DNA of 20,000 nucleotides from Trichoplax sp. H2 (Eukaryota): NCBI GenBank assembly GCA_003344405.1, contig NOWV01000196.1, positions 118,225 to 138,224 of the forward strand, read 5' to 3'. Shown piece by piece: positions 11,283 to 20,000 of this stretch (position 1 is its first letter; each line of letters starts with the position of its first letter). The notes under the pieces were generated by a model. It saw only the letters and a program-made list of their open reading frames with translations, ran no database searches and was not told where the DNA came from. The position numbers and the translations under genes were made by a program.

Positions 11283-12018
11283 CATTCATAAACGAACCTT
11301 AAGCTTAGTCAATACTTCTGGAGCACTTCATAAATGATAGCAAGCTAAGATTCAAAATATAAAGTATTCGATGTAAGGAAAAATCGCTTCAAGATTTATC
11401 ATGTAGTCCTAATTTAAAAAAAACACTTAATAAAATATATCCGCTTGATTATATTAAGTCCTATTAACAAAACGGCAACAATACTATTATCACAGATGAT
11501 TTGCAAAGCTAGCGGTAGTGTTTTGTGTTTTCAACGCTTTTCATTTCTCAATACTATAAGACACCATGCTACCAATAACAATCGATATAAAGGCAATTTC
11601 ATTCTGTAATAAATGATATTATTTACGATATCAAAATATGTCTAATACTGACTTTTCTGTTCATGAGATGATCAATAATTCAGTAACTGAGTCAATCCTA
11701 GTAGCTACACTGCTACCTCAATCATTCGAATTTTACAGAAATTTTCAATCATTGCAAAATTATCCAGTAATCTGTACATTGTTGATCGTGAGAGGAATAG
11801 TTTTCGTACCTCTGCAGTTAGTGACTGTGTATCGCAAATGCTATAAATTCAATGGACTCTCTCTTGTAGTAACTAGTATCGGTAGTATTTAGATAATACA
11901 CAAGTGAACTGCTATTTGATTTTAGATTATTATTTATTTACAGCTCTTGATTAAGGAGTTATTGATCGAAAAAAATTTCCGTGTACTATTTTAGAATATC
12001 GTCATTGGTATGGAAAAG

Positions 12019-12028
12019 TATATAAAAG
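12019..12028 (+). promoter_or_regulatory. TATA box of knottin-like gene B
   Basis: TATATAAAAG about 115 nt upstream of the ATG at 12143, similar spacing to gene A. Confidence 0.6.
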
Positions 12029-12142
12029 AAGTTGAAATTAGCAAAAAATTGTGTACCATTGCCGACTTGGATGCAATCTGCAAGAAATTTGAAATCACTT
12101 TTTTCCTCCTATTGCGTTTGAAGTACTTAGCTATTTCCAATC

Positions 12143-12406
12143 ATGAAATCTTTTACTGCATATTTGCTGTTATTTGGCGTTCTTATTGCCATTCTAGCTC
12201 TACTTGTGAATACGCGAGAGATCAGTAGTGTGGATAAGGTTGAATTATACCGGAGGGCCATCAGACAAAAACGGTGCTTGCCCAGAATCTGCTATGGGCA
12301 TGAAGATTGCTGCAGCGGTTTTGATTGTTATGTTGTACCTGCAGCATGCATAGCTGGCTCACCGACCAATCCAGGTATTTGTGTTCCTGAGCAGATTCAA
12401 TGCTAA
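12143..12406 (+). CDS. Secreted cysteine-rich knottin/ICK-like prepropeptide B (87 aa)
   Basis: Signal MKSFTAYLLLFGVLIAILALLVNT, propeptide ending in furin-type RQKR, then 43-aa Cx4Cx5CCx4Cx6Cx10Cx6C. 21/44 identities with the mature peptide of gene A. Confidence 0.9.
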   Translation: MKSFTAYLLLFGVLIAILALLVNTREISSVDKVELYRRAIRQKRCLPRICYGHEDCCSGFDCYVVPAACIAGSPTNPGICVPEQIQC

Positions 12407-13654
12407 TCCCTACCAAAGCTTGGTTGTTGAACGGATTAGCTTGGCAGTTTATGTAGATGGCAGTACGTAAGTTGATAGTAATTTATGCATTAGTTTAAGA
12501 TAGGGTTAGTTACTGGAAAGGAACAGGCGCTATTCTAGCAGTGTCCTTATTTATCTTTCTATGGTTCTAAAATAGATATCAATCGTTATATTTAAGTTGA
12601 TTTATTCTGGCTAGAAATGCTACTGTACGCCATTTAAACGTGCCTAAACTAAGTTAAGCAGATTTTGATACCATTACGGTACTATTTTGTTTCTTTATGG
12701 ATAATTGTTAGTTTACTTTAGGCCTCTAAGCACTTATAGTTGCAAATAGACTTACTCATGCATGAAAAACTAAAAGAGCAACATATTAGCAGCCATCTTA
12801 CGCACTATGGCAGTGGCATTTCATAGACCGTCTACTTGCGAGAAAGGATATGATTAACCATGAAAACTCATGCCAACGATAGAAATGCATCAACGATAGA
12901 AGTACATCTTTCAGCAGTTCTGTCACTGCAATTTCAATTCTTAATGATCCATCCAAGCTCCACCACTAGCCAACGAGAACATACAAGAACAGCCGATCAT
13001 AACATATTAATCAAATAATACCTATATGCTATAAAATTGTTACTTAATTTAACCTCTTAATAAATTGGCTAATTAATGTCACTAGATAGCTAGACTTCCA
13101 AGATTGATTTGATACAGAACTTGATAATATATTCCAGTGATTCAAGTTGGTGTTGATTACATTTAGACAACTACAGTGCGCTAGCATAGGATTATATCGA
13201 ATAGCTATTTGAATGGGAACAGTAGGGTTATACTTATCTCTACAACAAGTTTCTTTAATACCTAATGATGGATATTATTATCTTTGCGGTACTGTTGCTG
13301 TAATGGAGTATTACCAAGGTTAAATGACACTTTTGCAATATTTTTTGCTTATTGCGCAGCCATAGAATTGCTTCCTTGCTGCATTTATATTGCTATAATG
13401 TCTTTCAGCTAATTCATAGTCTAATTGAAAAAAGATTTAATCTCATAAAAAAGTGCAACTCTACATGCATGAAAGAAAAATAAAAGTAAATATACTCTAT
13501 TTTACCGTTGTAACGATTGTAATTTCTAATGAAAATTATTCTATAAATTAAGTATCCAAAATATTCTGTCTTACTTTCCTTAATATTTAGACAGAGGTTG
13601 CCACAAACTTTCAAATAATTATATATGGTATTATGTATGTTATTTACTATTTAC

Positions 13655-14490
13655 TAGATGCAGTCGTATTATACACGCATATTGAAGTTGCGACCAGGTA
13701 AAAAGTGTGATTCACTATCGCGATCAAGTAGAGCCCAAACTCTTAATCAAATTATCTCCTCAAAGAAAGCAGTACTGTATGCGTGCATATTTAAATTGAT
13801 GTCGAATTAAAACTTTGATCTCATTAACTCTCGAACGAACCATACAAATTAATAGTACATGAAGTAGTAGTAATCGCATATTTAAATTGATATCAAATTA
13901 AAAATTTAATCTTATTTACTCTAACTGAGTTATGCCCGAATTCTTAAATCATACAAAATAGTCATAGATGAAATAGTACTAAGTAGCTTGTGTAAATTGA
14001 TATCAAATTGAAAATTTGATCCCATTTATTCTAAATCAAGTCACGCTGAAATTCTTAAATCAAGGACTGTAAAGAGGTATAGTGGAATGGATGTCAAATT
14101 TTTCGATCTCATTTTTCTTTTACTCTCCAGCAAGTTATACCCAAATTCTTAAATCATACAAACTGGTGGATCAAGCAGTAGTAACGTGTACTTAAATTAA
14201 TATCAAATTAAAACTTCGATATCATTCACTCTCGATCAAGTCATGCCCAAATTCTTAAAATCATGTAAACTAGTCGCAGATGAAGTAGTAACGGGACATT
14301 TAAATTCAATTAAACTTTGATCTACAGTGATTCATGATCGAGTAAGACCCAAATTGCTAAATCATCCAAATTATCGGCTAGATTAAGCTGGATTACACGC
14401 GCATATTTAAATGAATATCAGCTTAGAATTTTGGTCTACAGTTCCTTGTGACCAAGCAATGTCAAATTGTTAAAATCCTGCTAAATTGTT
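13655..14490. repeat. Diverged tandem array, about 95-115 bp unit, about 8 copies
   Basis: Recurrent gaagtagtagta...gcatatttaaattgatatcaaattaaaactttgatctcatt...actct...caagt...cccaaattcttaaatcat, starting near 13655, 13767, 13860, 13968, 14080, 14173, 14281 and 14383. Confidence 0.88.
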
Positions 14491-16943
14491 ATCGATAGCA
14501 TTGAACTTACTCGCTCCAGCCTTGCACTACTAGCTTTATATATTCCATTTTAGACTGTTAATATGAGATAAAAAATTCAAATAAGTAAGGTATCTTTGCA
14601 AATTCAAATTAAATATTTATGTATAGGAAATGACTCATTTACAAGCACCACCGGCTGACAGTAAATTTTTTGGTTAAATTTTATTCATCAGAAAGCATAC
14701 ACCTTTAATGATTATATTAACATATTCGTAGATTGATGTTTACAATTTAGTCCTGTAACCTCTACATGCCAGTCCAAATCACAAAAAAGAAAGTCTGTAT
14801 ACGCATATGCAAAAAGTACGAAACAAATTCAGCTTCAATATGAATATGTTGTTTTGCAATATGCATGTTCTCAGTAAGCGCATGGATGGATGGATTAATA
14901 AGCCAAGATTTGAAATTCCAATAAGAAGAAAATACGAGTAGTTAAGTCAATTCTGACTGGAAAACTACGAATTTCATTAATCTAACTATATTGCAGCTAG
15001 TCAAGTCTCGAAAAAATGTTATAAACACTCATTTAACTTTATCAGATAATTAGATGGGATTATCTTAGCTTATGAATATTGTAGATGAATATGGCAAAAT
15101 GCAAATTTAATTATGATAGTCACATTTTTGCATAGACAGTGCAATCAAAATAGCATAAGCTACTTTTGTACAGGACTATAATCCAATTCTTAAAACTAAT
15201 AATAGAAATTCTTAGTAATGGTTATAAGCTAGATTATTAATACTTAACTATTTTGATTATTGCTACTAAAAGAGGTAAAATTTCTCCAAGTTTTCAATTT
15301 ATGTCTACGGAAATTAGACATTAATATTTACTTTATTTATTTATTATCAAATTTTTATATACCACGGCCCCTTAAATTAGCAGCACTGTAACTGCCTTCT
15401 CTATAATAAAGATTCAATAGTTAATCGAAACGTATCGAAAATGAACAGGATCTATGCTGTTGGTCTGCAACAGGCCTACAATGCAATTTAGTAATTTTAT
15501 TTTCATGAAGCAAGCTTAGCATCATAGCAAAAGTAATCAGTTTTAATTTTGCCACAGCTGCGGTAACTACCTTGTTCTCAGAATTCCAGTAAATTACGAC
15601 TTAAAATAAGTACTCAAGGCATCACTAATTTCCTTGCTATATTGCTTAGCAATTTGAAATAATGTAACATTGCACCGAATCTTACCTTCTAACCTAATTC
15701 ATTAGCGGCTTGATCCTTCTGCTCATTTGGTATTATTTATTACTGGTATGCTATCGATCAGATCCAAATTCATATAAATTTGATAGGGATAGCAGAAAGT
15801 GAGAAATGAAAATTTGATAAATTTAGCAATAAATCATCCCTACTTATTCGTTCACTCATTTAGCCTCTGAAACTCCAGTACATTGTAAGATAAATTCAGT
15901 AGGATGGTTCCAATAGTATCATGTTTACTCTAACTGTATACAAAATTCACTAACAGATAATTTATTATGATTAATAAATATCATAATATAATTGTCGCGT
16001 AAAGTCAATAAAGTCACAAAGCTGATGGCTAGGGAAAGGTGCACTTCATAGTAAAATCTTTGCATTAATACAGACATACGATAATAGTTAATTTTTTTGG
16101 ATATAACAGAAGTGTACTTCCTGAACTTTGCTTAGATCATAGATGCAATATCGTTTTCTACGTAAGAATGCTTAGACTTAAATATGGTCGTTATGTTTAT
16201 GGAGATTTGTGCGACTAGAAAATAATATAATCCCGATAAGATAGGAAGACTACTGCGAAGCTGTAAATCAGCTGACGGTTGAAGAAAATGTTACAAGTCA
16301 TTTACCTTAGTTACAGCCAAAAACTGACAAAGATTAAAGGCACTATCTATCTTTATTTCTCGTATTTTCTTAATAGGATAATAAATTCGCGTATATTACT
16401 CTCGAATTTTACTTCTACCTATGGAGCAGAAAAATTAAAACTGCTTTGGAGTGATTATAGCGACATAATGAAGTAAAGTACTTGAATGTATACGCTATAT
16501 ATCATTGATCAATCCAGTAATAAAATGAAAGCGATTGAGGAAAGAATATCACGCACCTCACTACTTAAAATGATCACATCTTAAGGGCTACGTTACTTAG
16601 GCCTTATGTTACTCGCACTAGATTTGTTCAAGAAGCAATCACTAGAAGTGAAGTAGCTTTCGGTTGGATACTTGTAGCAGGAACAAATAAACATTTTGGC
16701 GTATACCTACCAAATGAATCATAACATAGTTTTCTATAAAATCTGAAAGCATCATAGTTCTTCATTACTAGAATCCATAAGTCACTAGTCGCTCTTTATA
16801 AAGTGAACACTTTGGCAGGAATTATTACTATACTTTATTTATCATTAAAATAGCAAATAATTCGATTAAGAAGATACTACGAGGATTACAGCAGATCTTT
16901 ATTAGATAAGAATAAACTCGAGGGATCCTCATTTAAATTAGTA

Positions 16944-16974
16944 CTAGTGCAAACTCCCGTCGCTTTGCTGACGG
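16944..16974 (-). terminator. Helitron 3' terminal hairpin + CTAG
   Basis: Plus strand: CTAG 16944-16947, stem ccgtc (16957-16961)/gacgg (16970-16974) with inner gc-ttt-gc. Confidence 0.85.
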
Positions 16975-17052
16975 TTTACGATAATGTGCTCATTTAACAG
17001 ATAGTATTACCATTTGTCGTAGAACTGTCAGAGGTTCAGTAACTTTATACCG

Positions 17053-17176
17053 TGTACTGTGTACTGTATGCTGTACAAATGCACGGTATAGCACTACAAT
17101 AATGTACAGTACTGTACTGTACGTACAGTACTGTACAGTACTTTTACTACAGTACTCATATTGTACTGTACTGTAG
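17053..17176. repeat. Degenerate (GTACT/ACAGT)n pentanucleotide microsatellite inside the Helitron
   Basis: gtactgtgtactgt...gtacagtactgtactgtacgtacagtactgtacagtac...gtactgtactgta. Confidence 0.8.
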
Positions 17177-17377
17177 AACCGAACCGACGAACGACACACA
17201 GTTCATGTCGACATAAATCGGTTCGGAACCGAACCTCTGACAGGTCTACGGACATTTGATAATGTACCCATTTGTTATAGTAGTGATGGAGTTGCCACTT
17301 CACAAAATACTAAGAAAGTGATAAATAGACTTCTTAAATTTGAAGATGTTTGACTCTCAGCTGCCTCTGCTAAACAA

Positions 17378-17674
17378 TTAAACCATTAAAGTATTTTCTT
17401 CGCGATTTAAAATGCATAGAATATGACAATGAGGTAGACCACGCTTTTGAAACTCGATGGTATACATGAAAGCATTCAGATTGCCAAGGATACGGTTTCT
17501 GAGATCGTGTAATAATTTTTGTTGCTTAATTCTAAACACTCTCGCCGTGATATCCGGACGATCTGCAGCTGATTGTCCTGGTTTGAGCTCGCTAATTATT
17601 TCGTGCCACTGTGCTTTGCATGTAATTGTTATAAATAACGTAGGTTTACCAAATATACGTTTATGGTCAATTTG
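17378..17674 (-). pseudogene. Helitron RepHel fragment: HUH rolling-circle replication initiator domain (motifs 1 and 2)
   Basis: Manual translation: ...RIFGKPTLFITITCKAQWHEIISELKPGQSAADRPDITARVFRIKQQKLLHDLRNRILGNLNAFMYTIEFQKRGLPHCHILCIL... This matches the Helitron Rep signatures GKPxLFITxTC, DRPDxxARVF and EFQKRGLPHxHxL. No N-terminal ATG, and no motif 3 or helicase follows. Confidence 0.95.
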
Positions 17675-19509
17675 TTAATAAAATTAACAGATAGTATTAT
17701 CATTCGATATTATATATATCCCTGTAATAGTAATGTACTATGCTATATTAAGATTAGTTAATAGTCCAAAGCACATTACGATAACTATTGTACGGTGATG
17801 GACATACTGTACCAAGTTAAGATTAGCAGGTACTGTAAGATATCTACAGTGCGGTTCAATGTCCTTAGTACTGTGGTCAATTCTATACCAATCATTATAA
17901 TGTGTCTAAGGATCGCTGTCGTATGCAAGCAAAGCTTGCTCTATCGATAGTAACCGTTAGAAGAAATTGTAACAATCAAAATGGCTGTGTAGAAAACTCT
18001 ATAAAGATTCTATGTTTATTCAATTTTCATCAGAATATTACATGAAATCAAAATTTAAAGGCCCAGTGGCCACTCTTAGCGATATAATGAATACTATTTT
18101 AATAATCAGTACTCTGCAGAAATTACTACCTTAGAGCTATTCGTTTTACATGAAGAAATCTTTAGGTTAAAAGTACTGTAAGAATCTTATACTGACCTAT
18201 TGAAATGAACCCATAATCAGAGTCATTTAACAGTAGTATAAATACCCCCGCGCTACTCATATTCAAGAGTGGGATCATTAAATGTTTCGATTACTAGGCT
18301 TTATAAGGACTGTAGCTGGTTTTCATTTAGTAAAGAAAATATAGAGGAGTAAAGGTAATACAGTACATGGAAGCTATCCTTTCAGATTAAAATAAAATGC
18401 CTAATAACATAATTAGAGAATAGAAGCTCAGAACAGAAATTTGAGCTTCATCACACCTCTGAATCGAATGGATACTGTCGGACTTCATATTAATTAATGC
18501 TATCAAATGTTATATCTTGCTTGATGATTATGAATTATAATTGAATTTCATAATTAAATTTTTGCGTTCAAATTGAACTTTATTTATTATTATATTGAAA
18601 TGTAATATATTGGACCTAACAACAGACCGCTCACTGATAACTTCCTAATCTGAGTAAAAACAATTTTTATTCAATAAAGATATACTGTAATTTCTCTACC
18701 ATCGGTAACTTACTAAAGAGCTGCCGTTAAGAATAAATGATTCACCATATGATATGACAACTTGTCAAGAAGTAAATTGAATATATGCTTGATGTTATTG
18801 AGAATATCTTCATCGATAAACAATAATCACGTACAATGTAATATGTATTATTAAAATATATAATTATTAGGACGTAAGGCAGTTACTCTTATGATTGTTT
18901 ACAGTATTGTGATTAAATCCGATCACGAAAATTAGAACTTTACTAGATCTAATGCAAAGACTAGCTACACACAGCTCTACTCTAGCCAAATACAACTACT
19001 CAAAGACTTCTAGAAAGAGCAATCAGATAATCTAATATCTCCTGCTTTTACACTCTCTGTAGTCTTTGCAGTAGCAATCAGTATAGCAGCATTCTACTAT
19101 ATTTACACATATTCAGCTTATTATTACTTACAATATTTTAAAGCGAACCATCATTAATTCAATATGGAAATGATTACAGTATTTTCGTGGATACTATTCT
19201 TACCATTTAAAGTACAATAAACTAAGCATATCCTAATATATGATTTAAAATTCTATTTTTACCTCTAACCTTATTAGTAGCTCAATATCTTACTGTATAT
19301 AATATAGTCATCTATACTCTAGCATAGAGTCTATCCTTACAGTCTATAATTATGGGCTACTAAATATGTATCATAAGATGAATGTAGAAAAGACAATACC
19401 GTACATCATGCTAAACATGGCTAATAGTCTACAATCACAATATTAAGTTACCTTACAAGTATATAAGCTTTTACGTAAAGCATTGATGTCATCATACATA
19501 TGGAAGGTA

Positions 19510-19579
19510 CTAGTGCAAACTCCCGTCGCTTTACTGACGGTTTACGATAATGTGCTCATTTAACAGAGGTTCAGTAACT
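19510..19579 (-). mobile_element. Second, truncated copy of the Helitron 3' end
   Basis: Matches 16944-17044 with one substitution in the hairpin interior and a 31-bp deletion. The CTAG end and ccgtc/gacgg stem are retained. Confidence 0.85.
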
Positions 19580-19642
19580 ATCAGATCGCTGACTAACGAA
19601 CATTATCCTCTTAGAAATACTTTTTGTAATATGATATATAGC

Positions 19643-20000
19643 AATCAAAAATAACCGGGACAGGGGAACTATAGTAGGGTAACACTACGAATTGCAAGAG
19701 AGCAATAGAACTAAGAGTACCTACTGATGTGTATCAATCACTTTTCAAATTTCGTTAAGTAACTTTCGTATTAGTATGTTTACCGAATAAGGATGGTTAC
19801 TATATACAGTATAGAAATCAAAAGTAATTGGGACAGGGGAACTACAGTAGGATAACACTACGAATTGCAAGAGAGCAATAGAACTAATAGTACCTACTGA
19901 TGTGTATCAATCACTTCTACCTTCTCAATAATATTTACATAAATCCTAGAGATCATTCATTTCTATACCAATTCAAATTTCGTTAAGTAACTTTCATATT
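19643..20000. repeat. Recent tandem duplication (copies start 173 bp apart; second copy runs off the window)
   Basis: 19643-19743 vs 19816-19916 differ at 6/101 positions. 19744-19772 matches 19972-20000, and the second copy has an extra 55 bp (19917-19971). Confidence 0.92.

Larger units (their letters stand above)
16944..17707 (-). mobile_element. Non-autonomous Helitron (rolling-circle transposon) deletion derivative; 5' boundary uncertain
   Basis: The minus-strand 3' end reads CCGTC-AGCAAAGC-GACGG hairpin, 9 nt, CTAG, then T. A same-strand Rep-domain fragment lies at 17378-17674. A candidate A^TC 5' end at 17707 is tentative. Confidence 0.85.

Noticed and set aside
11638..11892. 84-aa ORF upstream of gene B
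   Set aside because: No recognisable homology or secretion signal; lies in the presumed promoter region.
12010..12228. 72-aa ORF overlapping gene B
   Set aside because: Starts upstream of the TATA box and overlaps the real CDS out of frame.
12780..13020. GC-richer patch with open frames of about 50 codons on both strands
   Set aside because: Manual translations showed no recognisable motif or Cys framework; may be 3' UTR of gene B.
13414..13614. 66-aa minus-strand ORF (likewise 16279-16476 +)
   Set aside because: TTG starts and F/I/Y/K/N-rich composition reflect AT bias.
16990..17303. Two 69-aa ORFs with STVQY/TVLY repeats
   Set aside because: Translations of the GTACT microsatellite in the Helitron.
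17457..17678. 73-aa plus-strand ORF
   Set aside because: Antisense shadow of the Helitron Rep fragment.

Overview
AT-rich (roughly 30% GC by eye) eukaryotic genomic DNA with short introns (about 70-130 nt). This fits a compact animal genome, possibly placozoan-like, but the species is inference only. Contents: (1) the last six coding exons of the TFIIH subunit gene GTF2H3/Tfb4 (89-1026, +). (2) Two single-ORF paralogous genes in divergent orientation about 9.3 kb apart (2537-2815 -, 12143-12406 +). Each encodes signal peptide + propeptide + basic cleavage site + a 43-44 aa, 8-cysteine, acidic knottin-like (C-C-CC-C-C-C-C) peptide. I cannot assign this family, and it is the most interesting feature of the window. 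(3) A non-autonomous Helitron on the minus strand (about 16944-17707). It has a canonical hairpin+CTAG 3' end and a stop-free 98-codon fragment of the HUH Rep domain that the ORF track missed; a second, internally deleted copy of its 3' end lies at 19510. (4) Several diverged tandem and inverted repeat families. Most other ORFs in the track appear spurious.
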